Origin: a virus
Taxonomy: Duplodnaviria > Caudoviricetes
Virus record (IMG/VR): IMGVR_UViG_3300048599_000745
Span: 1 to 38,802 of that record
Length of the DNA stretch: 38,802 nucleotides
Reading direction: 5' to 3' (one strand)
Shown one piece after another: positions 25,394-35,800 of the stretch. The notes beneath the pieces are model-generated. The model was not told the DNA's origin, did no database searches, and was given only the letters and a program-made list of their open reading frames with translations. The number at the start of each line of letters is the position of its first letter. Positions within the stretch are counted from its first letter, which is position 1. The position numbers were made by a program, and so were the translations under genes.

Positions 25394-27324
25394 TGCCCAA
25401 GGCCCGGCCGGCGCAGACCAGCTTTGTCGCCGGAGAGCTGTCCCCGCTGATGGCGCGGCGCTCCGACACCAAGCAATATCAGAACGGCGCCGAGCGCCTG
25501 CTGAATTACGCACTGCTGGCCCAGGGTGGCGCCCGCGTCCGGCCGGCGCTCGAATGGCTGGTGAACCTCCAGTTCGGGCCGCCGAAGCTGGCTGCCTTCG
25601 TCTTCAATGATACCCAGCGCTATATCATCGCTTTCTCGGACACCCGCGCGGACATCTATGGTCCGACCGGCTCCCTGGTCACGTCGCTGACCTCGGCGCC
25701 CTGGACTGCTGCCATGCTGGCGCGGCTGACCTGGGCCCATTACGGCGACACGATGGTGGTGTTCCACCCGGACATGCGGACGCAGGTGATCCGGCGAACC
25801 GGGGTCAGCACGTTCACCCTGGGAAACCTCACCTTCGAGACGGGAACCGGCGGCAATCCGACCTACCAGCCGTACTACAAGTACGCGGATCCGAGCATCA
25901 CGATGACACCCTCGGCGACCACCGGCGGCATCACGATGACGCTCTCCGGCGCCGGCAATTGGGTGGCTGGCCATGTCGGAACCAAGGTCCGCTACCAGCT
26001 CAAAGAGATCCTGGTGACCGCCGTCACGAACGCGAACCTGGCGAATGGCACCGTGCTGCAAACCCTGCCGGCCACCACCGCCGACATCAATTGGGATGAG
26101 CAGGCCTTCAGCGCGGTCCGCGGCTATCCGAACTGCGGCATCTTCTTCGATAACCGGCTCATCTTTGGCGGGTCGAAGTCGAAGCCGGACGGCTTCTGGA
26201 TGTCCAAGATCGGCGCCTTCTTCAATTTCGACCTGGGGACGGCGCTCGACAATGAAGCGGCCTGGGATGCTGTGACCGGCGATCGCGTGGCGGAGGTGCG
26301 CCACCTGTCGGGCACGCGGCATCTGCTCATCTTCACCGACCAGGGCGTGGTGCTGGTGCCGACTTCGGACGCGCGCCCACTTACCCCCAAGAACCTGGCC
26401 TTCCGCGAGCAGGCGCCCTATGGCGCGAGCTGGGTTCGGCCGCAGTCATTCGATGGTGCCGTGCTGTTCGACCAGATCACCGGCGCCGCGGTGCGCGAAG
26501 CGCTATGGGAGGACACCGAACAAGCCTACAGCGCAAATCCTGTGTCGCTGGCGGCTGAGCATCTGATCAGCAGCCCCACCGAGATGGCCGTGCTCTACGG
26601 GTCCCGGCGACGGCCCGAGCAGTACGCGTTGCTGGTCAATGGCGACGGCAACCTGTCCGTCTTTCATTCGGCCCGCTCGCAGGAAATCGCCGCCTGGACG
26701 CCATGGCAAACCCAGGGGACCTTCGTCTCCATCTGCCAAGCCGGGAACGAGGTGTTCGTGGTGGTGCAGCGCACGCTCGGCGCCGGCCCGGTCTATACCC
26801 TGGAAAAGCTGAGCGATGACCGGACGCTGGATTGTTCAAAGCGGGTCACCGGCGCGCTAGGCAAGACCTTCGGCGGCTTCACCCACCTGGCCAACATGGC
26901 GGTGGAGGTCATCACGAAGGGTCACGACCTCGGCACCTATACCGTTTCCGCCGGCGGTGAAATCACGCTGGATGAGCTGGCGCCCGAGGTGACGGAAATC
27001 GAAGCCGGATTCTGGACCGCGCCGTGGCTGCGGCCCATGCCGGTCGACTTCGATCTCTCGGATGGGGACGCGAGCTCGCTGATGAAGCGGCTCATCCGTG
27101 CGGTGATCACCACCGATCGTTCATGCAGTTTCAGGGTCGCCGGTCGCACGGTGCTGCTTGCCTTCCAGGGAGACGACTTCGCGACCGACGCCGGCACGGT
27201 CACAGGAAAGCTGGAATTCCGTCTGCTTGGTGTGGATCGGAACTGCCAGTTTGACGTGACGGTGCCCCGCCCGGGCAAGGCGACAATCCTTGGCCTGATG
27301 CGGGAAATCCAGATCAACAGGTGA
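25393..27324 (+). CDS. Tail tubular protein B / nozzle (T7 gp12, P22 gp10-like)
   Basis: QTSFVAGELSP, QGGARVRP, GYPNCGIFFDNRLIFGG, WMSKIGAFFNF, QEIAAW. Confidence 0.9.
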   Translation: MPKARPAQTSFVAGELSPLMARRSDTKQYQNGAERLLNYALLAQGGARVRPALEWLVNLQFGPPKLAAFVFNDTQRYIIAFSDTRADIYGPTGSLVTSLTSAPWTAAMLARLTWAHYGDTMVVFHPDMRTQVIRRTGVSTFTLGNLTFETGTGGNPTYQPYYKYADPSITMTPSATTGGITMTLSGAGNWVAGHVGTKVRYQLKEILVTAVTNANLANGTVLQTLPATTADINWDEQAFSAVRGYPNCGIFFDNRLIFGGSKSKPDGFWMSKIGAFFNFDLGTALDNEAAWDAVTGDRVAEVRHLSGTRHLLIFTDQGVVLVPTSDARPLTPKNLAFREQAPYGASWVRPQSFDGAVLFDQITGAAVREALWEDTEQAYSANPVSLAAEHLISSPTEMAVLYGSRRRPEQYALLVNGDGNLSVFHSARSQEIAAWTPWQTQGTFVSICQAGNEVFVVVQRTLGAGPVYTLEKLSDDRTLDCSKRVTGALGKTFGGFTHLANMAVEVITKGHDLGTYTVSAGGEITLDELAPEVTEIEAGFWTAPWLRPMPVDFDLSDGDASSLMKRLIRAVITTDRSCSFRVAGRTVLLAFQGDDFATDAGTVTGKLEFRLLGVDRNCQFDVTVPRPGKATILGLMREIQINR

Positions 27325-27328
27325 TCCG

Positions 27329-27778
27329 ATGGAAATGGCGACTTTGGCAACGGTGGCGATGGTGGCCGGCACGGCGGTGAGCGCCGGCGCGACCATCTAT
27401 CAGGGCATCGCGGCCGACAAAGCCGGCGAACTGGAAGCTCAGCAGTATCGCGAGAACGCGGCGGCGGCCGAGCTGGCTTCCGAGCAAGACGCCCTCGCGC
27501 GGCGGAAGGATCTGGCCCGCACCATCGCGGCGCAGCAGGCGCTTCGTGCCGGCTCTGGCGTCGACCTTCGAAGCCCGACCAGCTTGGCGATCGAAGAGGC
27601 GTCCCGACAGGAAACCGAGGCTGACATCCTGGCCAGCCGATACAACTTCGCGGCGGAGGCCGAGCGCAACCGACTGGCTGCGAGGCAGGCGAAGCGCTCC
27701 GGCCGGGCCTCGCTCTATGGCGGCTTCATCGGCGGGACGGGCCAGCTCCTTTCCGGCGCCAGCGCCTTCAAGGAGTAG
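27329..27778 (+). CDS. Small internal virion (ejection) protein, T7 gp14-like
   Basis: Hydrophobic Ala/Gly N-terminus, QQALRAGSGVDL...SP motif, Gly-rich C-terminus. Confidence 0.8.
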   Translation: MEMATLATVAMVAGTAVSAGATIYQGIAADKAGELEAQQYRENAAAAELASEQDALARRKDLARTIAAQQALRAGSGVDLRSPTSLAIEEASRQETEADILASRYNFAAEAERNRLAARQAKRSGRASLYGGFIGGTGQLLSGASAFKE

Positions 27779-27781
27779 AAA

Positions 27782-30355
27782 ATGGCGTCCCGGCTTCCCG
27801 AGATCCAGCGTTCCGTCATCGTCAATCCCGCCGGCATCGTCCCCATCCGGCCTGCGGGCGCGGAGATCCTTCAGCAGATCGGCGTGGTCGGCCAGACCCT
27901 GCAGGGCCTGGGATCTGACCTGCGCGAAGAGGATCAGCGCCGGCTGGCGGAAGAGGCGACGAATGTCGGCTTGCGGGAAGGCGCTGCGCGCAACCCGGAC
28001 GGCACGCTGCGACCGCTGCAGCTTCGCGACACCTCGACGGCGGCCAATCGCGCCTACAACAAGGCGGCACTGACGGGCTACTCGGCGCAATACGAGATCG
28101 ACCAGGTCGGCAAGGCGGCGGAGATCCGGCTGCGCCACAAGAACGATCCCGAGGGCTTCAAGGCGGAGTGGGCGGCCTGGCGCCAGGGGCAGGTATCGCA
28201 GCTGCCCACCGAGTTCCAGGGCGAGGCGGCGGTGCTGCTCGACCGGCTCGGCAGCCAGACCTACATCGGTGCCGTTGAGGACAAGGTGCAGGTCGACCTG
28301 ACAAACCAGAAGGCGTCCTGGCAGTCACTGCTCGATGCCAAGCGGATCGATGCTGGCGCGCTGGCCCGCCAAGGCGGAATCTCCACGCCCGCCTATCAGC
28401 GCACGCTGTCGGAGATCAATGGCCTGTATGACCAGGCGGTGGCGTCAGGCTGGCTGACCGATGTGCAGGCGAAGCTTGATCGGGAATACCTGGCCGATGA
28501 GCACCAGGCGCAAACCATCGTCAGCCACGCCATCAGCACGGCGAAGGCGGCCGGCGGCGGGTTCGCTGCGCGCAAGGCCGCGGCTGCGGAGCTTGAGCAG
28601 GTTCTGACCGATCCCGAGCTCCGCATCGAACCGGAGCGCCGGGCGCAGATCGTGGCGCGCTTCGATGTCGAGATGCGTTCCACCGAGGCGGCGCGGGATC
28701 TCGAGATCGCCGGCATCCGCGACAGCGCGAAGGCCCTGGACACCCGCCAGGCGGCCGCGCCGGGCTCGGTGAGCCCCAGCGAATGGATGTCACTCAGCCA
28801 TCAGGCTCGGGCGGCCGGCGACCCCCTGATGGCCGATACGCTTGCTGCGGCGGCGGCGCAGCAGTCGCAGCTCTCGGCCTTCGTGGCCATGCCCTATTCC
28901 GATCAGCCGCGCGCCATTGGGTTGAAGCAGCAGCAGCTTGAGGATGCCACCGCGCGCGCGGCGACCGGCAGCGGAAGCGATGTCGGCGCCGGCAACCTCT
29001 TCGACGCCGTTGTGCAGGTGGAGAGCGGAGGCGACCCTACGGCGCTGAGCCCCAAGGGCGCCAAGGGCGCCGCCCAGATCATGGCGGCCACCGGCACAGA
29101 CCCCGGATTCGGCGTCACGCCCCTGAAGGATGACAGCCCCGAGGAAAACCTGCGGTTCGGTCGCGACTATCTCAACGCCATGCTGACCGAGTTCGGCGGC
29201 AATCGCGTGCTGGCGCTGGCGGCCTACAATGCCGGGCCGGGCGCGGTCGATGACTGGATTGCGCGCTTCGGCGATCCGCGCTCCGGCCAGGTCAGCGATT
29301 CCGTCTTTGCGGCATCGATCCCTTATCCGGAAACCCGCGCCTATGTCGGCAAGGTGCTGGCGCAGCTCGGCGGCCCGAGTGCCGAGGCCAACCAGCTCGC
29401 CGCGGAGCTGGAGCGGATGAGGGTGGCAAGCAAGGAAGGGGCTCAGGCATTCGCGGCAGACCCCTTCAGGGTCGGGACCGAGAAATACAAGGCCCGCCTC
29501 GGCAGTGTGCCGCAGCTCGACTTTCTGGCCCAGGATCTGCCGGCGCGGCTGCAGGGCCGGGTTGCACAGGCCAACTTCATCAACCGGATGGAAGGGGCCT
29601 ACGTGCCGCCACTGACGGCCGCCGAGCTGGATGGCCTGGCCGGCATCGTCAAGGTCGCGCCGCCCGATCAGAAGGCTGCCCTGATGAAGGGCTTAGCCCA
29701 GGGCCTGGGCGAGCAGCATCTGGCCGGCGTCATGTCGCTGCTGACCGAGAAGGGCGACCAGGCGCGGCAGTTCGCCGTTGCCGCCGGCATCGCGCAATCG
29801 GATGAGGCGGTGGCGCGCGACATCTTCGCCGGCCAAGAGGTGCGTACCTCGGGCACCGGATATGTGCCGGCGGACGACGCCGCCTTGCGCGGCCAGCTCG
29901 ATCTCTATTTCGGCCAGTCGCTGGTGCTGATGCGCGATGCAACGGCACGCGCGGACATGGTCGACGCGGCGCTCTCGGTCTACGCGGTGGACAGCAAGAA
30001 CGCCGGCGACACGTCGGGCGCGCTGAACGAGGCCCGGCTGCTCAGCGCCCTGGACCGGGTTACCGGCGGGCTTGTGGAGTTCCGGGGGCAGCAGATCTTC
30101 CCGCCGCGCCGAGGCATGACGGAAACCGAGTTCGAGGACACTTTCGACGCCCTGACGGCGGCGGAGGTGGGCGCGATTCCGGCCGCGCCGGACGGGTCAC
30201 CGATCACCCTGGACGACATCAAAGACCGTGGGGTGCTGCTTTCGATCGCCGACGGCCGCTATGCCGTGGCGATCGACGCCGCCGATGCGACGCAAGCCAT
30301 CTGGGACCCTGTCGCCAATCAGCCCTGGGTGATCGATCTCACCGGCCACAGGTAG
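27782..30355 (+). CDS. Internal virion protein with lytic transglycosylase (SLT) domain
   Basis: QVESGGDP...GAKGAAQIM...ALAAYNAGPG...ETRAYV at about 28997-29360. Confidence 0.9.
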   Translation: MASRLPEIQRSVIVNPAGIVPIRPAGAEILQQIGVVGQTLQGLGSDLREEDQRRLAEEATNVGLREGAARNPDGTLRPLQLRDTSTAANRAYNKAALTGYSAQYEIDQVGKAAEIRLRHKNDPEGFKAEWAAWRQGQVSQLPTEFQGEAAVLLDRLGSQTYIGAVEDKVQVDLTNQKASWQSLLDAKRIDAGALARQGGISTPAYQRTLSEINGLYDQAVASGWLTDVQAKLDREYLADEHQAQTIVSHAISTAKAAGGGFAARKAAAAELEQVLTDPELRIEPERRAQIVARFDVEMRSTEAARDLEIAGIRDSAKALDTRQAAAPGSVSPSEWMSLSHQARAAGDPLMADTLAAAAAQQSQLSAFVAMPYSDQPRAIGLKQQQLEDATARAATGSGSDVGAGNLFDAVVQVESGGDPTALSPKGAKGAAQIMAATGTDPGFGVTPLKDDSPEENLRFGRDYLNAMLTEFGGNRVLALAAYNAGPGAVDDWIARFGDPRSGQVSDSVFAASIPYPETRAYVGKVLAQLGGPSAEANQLAAELERMRVASKEGAQAFAADPFRVGTEKYKARLGSVPQLDFLAQDLPARLQGRVAQANFINRMEGAYVPPLTAAELDGLAGIVKVAPPDQKAALMKGLAQGLGEQHLAGVMSLLTEKGDQARQFAVAAGIAQSDEAVARDIFAGQEVRTSGTGYVPADDAALRGQLDLYFGQSLVLMRDATARADMVDAALSVYAVDSKNAGDTSGALNEARLLSALDRVTGGLVEFRGQQIFPPRRGMTETEFEDTFDALTAAEVGAIPAAPDGSPITLDDIKDRGVLLSIADGRYAVAIDAADATQAIWDPVANQPWVIDLTGHR

Positions 30356-30359
30356 CCCG

Positions 30360-33338
30360 ATGTTGCTGAACCTCTATCGCGATCGTGTCGATTTTCGCTT
30401 CTTCGAGGATCAAGGTTACCTGCCCTCCGCGCCGGCGGGCTTCATGTCCCGTTTCCGCGCCGACTATGAGGCCGCCTTTGCGCCGGATCGCTCCGCCTAT
30501 TACGGCGCCGCGCTCGGGAAGAAGTATGACGCGGCGCTGGCGCTGCTGCGCGATCGCACCGGCCGCGAGGCGGCGAACCCGTTCACCATCCGGCAGGGTC
30601 TGATTAACCAGGCGCGTGACGGCCGTGGCGACCCGCTGATGATCGAAGCTGTGAAGCGCGCGACGGCGGAGGGCGCGGTCGGCAACTTCACCCGGGTGCA
30701 GCAGCTCTACCGCGAGCAGGTCGATTCCTTGCTGGCGAAAGCCCACGCTGATGGCCGCGGGGTGCCCGACCCGGCGCTGTTCGATCGCGAGATCGCGGCG
30801 AAGGGCACCGAGCTGCGGGAAACCTCCGCGCGAAAGGCGCAGGCCTCGGTCGGCTTCGGCGCGGTCGGCGGCTTTGCCGGCAGCGCGGCGGGCGAGCTGC
30901 AGAATCCGCTCCAGCTCCTGACCATGCCCCTGGGCGGTCCCGTTGTCGGTGTCGGCCGTTCGCTGCTGACGCGGGCGCTACTCACCGCCGGCAGCGAAGC
31001 TCTGATCGCCGGCGGCACACAGGCCGGCATCGAAGCGCTGGATTTTCAGACCCGCTCTCGGCTCGGCACACCGCAGACGCTGGAAGAGGCGCTGGCGAAC
31101 ATCGGGGTGGCGGCGCTCGGGGCGCCGATCGTGGGCCTTGGCTTCCGCGCGCTGGCGACCGGTGGCCGCGGGATGCTCCGCCTAGGCCGCCGGTTCCTGC
31201 CCGCCCGTGACGCCTTGACGGTGATGGAGCGTGCAGCTTTCGACGCGGCTGCGCGCCATGGTGAAGCTGCAGCCGATGCGGCCGAAGCGGCCCAGGCGAG
31301 TGCGCGCGTCGCGGCGGCGCAACCGCCCTCCCAACCGCGCATGCACCCGGGCCGCAGCCTGGCGGACCCGCGCGACATCGTCGGGTCCGGCCTGCAGTTC
31401 GTGGACGACGCCGTGGCGGTGCCGGGGCGGCATACTTGGCTGTCCTACGGCAAGCTGCCGCAATGGACGCTGACCCTCGCCGATCGCCTCGGGCTGCGCG
31501 TCGGGCCGGATTGGACGCGGACCATGGATGCCGGCGGCGTGCGCAAGATCCTGAAGGCGCATGGCGACGCGGCGGCAGAGGCGGCGCGCGGCCAGGTGCC
31601 GGTCACTGCGGCAGACATCGCGCGCTACCCCGAACTGGTCGAACGGCACACCGAGGCGCGGCTGAGCAAGACCAATGAGGGCCGGGACGCGATCTCCTAT
31701 CTCACCATCGCCGAAGACGGGACGGTGTTCGTGGTCGAAGAGGCGCGCACCGGCCGCGGCACGCTGACGCTCAAAGACATGTGGAAGTGGGCCCCCGGAA
31801 AGGGGCCGCGCGGTCTTGATGAGATGGTGGGGAGGTCCGGGGCTGGCGCGGGGGCTGACAAGGTTGCTGGACCCTCCGCACCCCCAACGGGCGAACCGAC
31901 GACAGCACACCCGGACCCGACCCAGAATGTAGTCCTCCGGTCCCCCGGCGGCAAGGTCTTTACCCCCGCCGGCCGGGCGGTTGAGGTCGAGCACCAGGTG
32001 GTCGAAGCCTCCAGCCTGGTCACCAGCCACGGCCCTGAAATGGCTGTAAATCCGGCGTTTCCGGCTGAGCTGCAGCCGCGCGACCGGACCCGGGCCGCGT
32101 CCGAGGCCCAGATAACGGCCATGGCTGGCGCCCTGGAGCCGGAGCGCTTGGCTGGCGGCGCCGATGCAGCGACCGGCGCCCCCATCATCGGCCCGGACGG
32201 CGTGGTGGAGAGCGGCAACGGGCGCACGCTCGCCATCCGCAAGGCCTATGCCGATGGGACCGCCGAGCGCTATCGGGCGCACCTCAAGCGCCTCGGGTAT
32301 GACGTCGACCGCATGAAAGAGCCGATCCTGGTTCGGCAGCGGGTCACGGGCATGACGCCGGAAGAGCGCATCGCCTTCGCGCGCGAGGCTAATGAGGCTT
32401 CGACGCTGGCCATGGGCGCGGGTGAGCAGGCTCTGGCCGACGCCCGCCGAATCCCGGACAGCGTGCTGGATCTCTACGAGGGTGGCACGGTCGACCTGGC
32501 CAAGAACCGGGATTTCGTCCGCCAGCTCCTTCGCGCGTTGCCCGAGAGCGAGCGCGGCGCGATGATGACCGCCGATGGATCGCTGAGTCAGGCGGGGCTG
32601 AAGCGCATCGAAGCCGCGCTGCTCGCCAAGGCGTACGGTGATCCGGGGCTGATCTCGAAGCTGACCGAGGCGACGGATAACGACATCAAGGCGATCGGCG
32701 GCGCTCTGCAGGATGCGGCGCCTGGCTGGGCGCAGATGCGGGCGCGCGCGCTGGCCGGTGAGCTCACGCCCGAGGTCGACGCAACCGCGCATCTGCTGGC
32801 GGCGGTGCGGATGGTGGAGAATGCCCGGCGCGAAGGTCTGCCGATCGGCGACCTGATCGCCCAAGGTCAGATGTTCGGCGAAGGGCTGACCGAGGCGGCG
32901 CACGGCTTCCTGCGGCTGTTCTACCGAGATGGCGGGCTGCGCAAGGCGGCGGGTCGTACGTCGATCGCGGAGCGGCTGGCCGGCTATCTGGACGAAGCCA
33001 ACAAGAGCCTGCCCGGTCAGAACCTCTTTGGAGAGGCGCCGTCCGGCGCCACGGACATCCTTCGATCCCAGGGAGACGCCGGCGCGCTGGCACGTGGCAA
33101 GGAAGTAGAGGCGACCACCACAGCGCTCGCCGAGCCCGAAATCGATCAGGCGCTCGAAACCGAGGTGGCGCGCATCCTCGAGGCCTCGGACATCGAAGTG
33201 CCGTTGGCCGAAGAGCTGGTGGACGGGGCACCGGCGGCGAAGACCGGATCGGCGCGGGATCTGATGAAGGCGGCGGATGCGCGGGTGAAGGCGGCCAAGG
33301 AAGTGCAGGCTTGCGCGTTCGGCCTGGCAGCGGAGTAG
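30360..33338 (+). CDS. Internal virion polyvalent protein: PBECR-type nuclease-like domain + DdrB-like ParB domain
   Basis: RKILKAHGDAAAEAARGQVPVTAADIARYPELV...VVEEARTGRGTLTLKDMWK (about 31420-31790); ELQPRDR...GAPIIGPDGVVESGNGRTLAIRKAY (about 31955-32400). Confidence 0.75.
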   Translation: MLLNLYRDRVDFRFFEDQGYLPSAPAGFMSRFRADYEAAFAPDRSAYYGAALGKKYDAALALLRDRTGREAANPFTIRQGLINQARDGRGDPLMIEAVKRATAEGAVGNFTRVQQLYREQVDSLLAKAHADGRGVPDPALFDREIAAKGTELRETSARKAQASVGFGAVGGFAGSAAGELQNPLQLLTMPLGGPVVGVGRSLLTRALLTAGSEALIAGGTQAGIEALDFQTRSRLGTPQTLEEALANIGVAALGAPIVGLGFRALATGGRGMLRLGRRFLPARDALTVMERAAFDAAARHGEAAADAAEAAQASARVAAAQPPSQPRMHPGRSLADPRDIVGSGLQFVDDAVAVPGRHTWLSYGKLPQWTLTLADRLGLRVGPDWTRTMDAGGVRKILKAHGDAAAEAARGQVPVTAADIARYPELVERHTEARLSKTNEGRDAISYLTIAEDGTVFVVEEARTGRGTLTLKDMWKWAPGKGPRGLDEMVGRSGAGAGADKVAGPSAPPTGEPTTAHPDPTQNVVLRSPGGKVFTPAGRAVEVEHQVVEASSLVTSHGPEMAVNPAFPAELQPRDRTRAASEAQITAMAGALEPERLAGGADAATGAPIIGPDGVVESGNGRTLAIRKAYADGTAERYRAHLKRLGYDVDRMKEPILVRQRVTGMTPEERIAFAREANEASTLAMGAGEQALADARRIPDSVLDLYEGGTVDLAKNRDFVRQLLRALPESERGAMMTADGSLSQAGLKRIEAALLAKAYGDPGLISKLTEATDNDIKAIGGALQDAAPGWAQMRARALAGELTPEVDATAHLLAAVRMVENARREGLPIGDLIAQGQMFGEGLTEAAHGFLRLFYRDGGLRKAAGRTSIAERLAGYLDEANKSLPGQNLFGEAPSGATDILRSQGDAGALARGKEVEATTTALAEPEIDQALETEVARILEASDIEVPLAEELVDGAPAAKTGSARDLMKAADARVKAAKEVQACAFGLAAE

Positions 33339-33341
33339 ACC

Positions 33342-35768
33342 ATGGGAATCGAGAAGTGCCTGAATGCGAAGGTCGAGGCCGGCAAGCTGACCCGCGAGTT
33401 GGCCGAAGAGGCGCTGCGCCTGGTGAAGGGCCTTGAGCGCGACTATGCGCGGACGGTGAACCGGACGGCCGCCGAGGCGCGCGCGGCGGCCGATGCGGCG
33501 AAGGAGCTGGCGCGCCAGGCTGCGGTGCAGAAGCGGCAGACGGCGCTCCACATCCTGGCCACCGATCGGGCACTCCGGGAAGCCAAGTCGCACAAGCGCG
33601 GCGTCTTCGCCGGCGCGGCCGCGCTGTTCGCCCGGGACATCTGGGGTGTGTCCGGCTTCCCGTCGATCGAAGGCCGTATGAAGGCGGTCCGCTCCGACCT
33701 GATGCGGCGCTGGGGCGTCGGCCTGGAAGCCTTCCGCACCCGCGCGCTCGGGGTGAAGCAAGACATCCCCGGCCTCAAGAACATGGTCCGTGCGCTGTAT
33801 GGTGAGACGGTCGATGACAACGTGGCTGCCGCCGCGGCGAAGGCCTACACCGATGCGACGGATTCCGGCGTCGTCCGCTTCAACGCCGCCGGCGGAGATC
33901 TCGCGCTGAAGAAGGATTGGCGCTTGCCGCAGGTCTGGGTGCGCAAGCGGCTCATGGGCAAGGCCACCGAATTCCGCGACTATATGTGGGCCGCCCGCCG
34001 CGATGGTCGGCTGAAGGTCATCGATTGGGAAACGAAGCTGCCCGTCGATGATGCCAAGTTCGAGGACATGCTGACCCGGACCTATGAGAAGGTCACCACC
34101 AACGGGCTCTCCGAGCTGACGCCTGGTGCGCGTGGCGGGACGAAGCTGGCCAACAGCCGCCTGGACCCCCGCGCTTTCGAGTGGGCGAGCTCGGATGCGT
34201 GGTTCGAGTTCAATAATCGCTGGGGCGTGGGCGACGACGGCATCTATGGCCTGCTGACCGGGCACATCGAGGGCATGGCCCGCGACATCGCGCATCTGGA
34301 GATCCTGGGGCCGAATCCTGACCTGGTGGCGCGGGTGCTGATTGACACCGCGCGCAAGGATGGTGTGGCGCCCACGAAGGTGCACCAGCTCCAGGCCATC
34401 TATGACCATGTGACCGGCCGGGCGAATGCGCCGGTCAGCGAGATGCTGGCGAACGTCTCCGGCGGGCTGCGAGCTTGGCTCTCCGCGTCGCAGCTCGGCT
34501 CCGCGGTGCTGTCGGCGACCACCGATTTCTCCAGCTTGCGCGCCGCGGCCTCTTGGAACGGGCTTTCCTCCACCAAGCTGAGCGCCACCTACCTGAAGCT
34601 GCTGAACCCGGCCAGCTCCAAGGATCGCATGATCGCGGCGCGCGCCGGCCTGATCGCGGAGACTTGGCTGCACCGGGCCCAGGGCGCGGCGCGAAACTCG
34701 GTCGATGAGCATGTCTCCGGGGTCGCCGGCATGGCCGCCGAGGCTGTAATGCGTGGCTCCGGCCTGGCCGCCCACACCGATGCCGGCAAGATGGCCTTCG
34801 GGCTCGAATACCTCGGGCTGCTCGCGGATCTCTCGCACGCCGAACTGGGCGCGCTGCCGCCCGAGCTGCGCCGCAGCTTCGCGGCCTACGGCATTTCCGC
34901 CGCCGATTGGAACATCATCCGGAAAACCGGCGTCGGCGACATCGACGGCCTGCGCATTGTGTGGCCGGAGAACCTGGCCGGCCAGGGCAAGGCCGAGCAG
35001 GAAGCTGCCTCGAAGCTGATGGGCATGATCCTGACGGAAGCCGACATGGCCATCCCGACGCCTGGGGTGCGGGAACGGGCGCTGCTGCTGTCGCAATCGA
35101 GGCGGGGGACGGTCGGCGGCGAATTCCGACGCTTCACGCTGCAGTACAAGAGCTTCCCGGTCACGATGATGAGCACCCACCTGATGCGCGGGATCTCGCA
35201 TTGGGGTCAGGGCGGCGGGCTCTACCTGGCGAAGTTGGGCGTGGATCTCACTGTGATGGGTGCGCTCGCCATCCAGCTGAAGCAGCTCGCCAACGGCAAA
35301 GACCCGCGCGACATGACCGAGGCGAAATTCTGGGGTGCCTCCTTCATCCAGGGGGGCGGTGCCGGCATCGTCGGCGACTTCCTCTATGCAGGCCTGAACC
35401 GCGCCCAGGCCGGCTTCTACATGACGACGATCGGCGGGCCGGCTGCGAAGCTGCTGGACGACACGGTGAGCCTGACGGGCTGGAATATCCAGGGCGCCAT
35501 CACCGGAGAGCGGACCAACTTCGGCCGTGAGATGGTGAAGTTCCTGCGCAATAACACCCCCGGTTCAAGCCTCTGGTATTCCCGCCTGGCCATGGACCGG
35601 CTGATCTGGGACCAGCTCCAGTCCGCACTCGACCCCGAATACAGGCGGGCCTTCAAGCGCACCGAAGACCGCGCGCGGAAGGATTACGGGCAAAGCTATT
35701 GGTGGCGGCCGGGCGAGGCGGCGCCGCAGCGGGCGCCCGATCTCGCGGCGGTCGCGCCGGTGCGTTGA
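33342..35768 (+). CDS. Large internal virion (ejection) protein, BPP-1/epsilon15 type
   Basis: WRLPQVW, LGPNP, QYKSFP, GGGAGIVGDFL, PGSSLWY...LDPEY...YGQSYWWRPG motifs; last of the ejection cluster. Confidence 0.8.
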   Translation: MGIEKCLNAKVEAGKLTRELAEEALRLVKGLERDYARTVNRTAAEARAAADAAKELARQAAVQKRQTALHILATDRALREAKSHKRGVFAGAAALFARDIWGVSGFPSIEGRMKAVRSDLMRRWGVGLEAFRTRALGVKQDIPGLKNMVRALYGETVDDNVAAAAAKAYTDATDSGVVRFNAAGGDLALKKDWRLPQVWVRKRLMGKATEFRDYMWAARRDGRLKVIDWETKLPVDDAKFEDMLTRTYEKVTTNGLSELTPGARGGTKLANSRLDPRAFEWASSDAWFEFNNRWGVGDDGIYGLLTGHIEGMARDIAHLEILGPNPDLVARVLIDTARKDGVAPTKVHQLQAIYDHVTGRANAPVSEMLANVSGGLRAWLSASQLGSAVLSATTDFSSLRAAASWNGLSSTKLSATYLKLLNPASSKDRMIAARAGLIAETWLHRAQGAARNSVDEHVSGVAGMAAEAVMRGSGLAAHTDAGKMAFGLEYLGLLADLSHAELGALPPELRRSFAAYGISAADWNIIRKTGVGDIDGLRIVWPENLAGQGKAEQEAASKLMGMILTEADMAIPTPGVRERALLLSQSRRGTVGGEFRRFTLQYKSFPVTMMSTHLMRGISHWGQGGGLYLAKLGVDLTVMGALAIQLKQLANGKDPRDMTEAKFWGASFIQGGGAGIVGDFLYAGLNRAQAGFYMTTIGGPAAKLLDDTVSLTGWNIQGAITGERTNFGREMVKFLRNNTPGSSLWYSRLAMDRLIWDQLQSALDPEYRRAFKRTEDRARKDYGQSYWWRPGEAAPQRAPDLAAVAPVR

Positions 35769-35793
35769 GGGCCTGACTCGCGGCGGCCAATGT
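35758..35793 (+). promoter_or_regulatory. Late-promoter motif copy 4 (tail fibre)
   Basis: CGGTGCGTTGAGGGC (35758-35772) includes the upstream stop codon; TTGAGG-17 nt-CAATGT-7 nt-ATG; no SD. Confidence 0.78.
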
Positions 35794-35800
35794 CGCCGCC

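Noticed and set aside
31182-35201. 1339-aa minus-strand ORF
   Set aside because: Antisense shadow of two well-supported + strand virion genes; no motifs; expected in high-GC DNA
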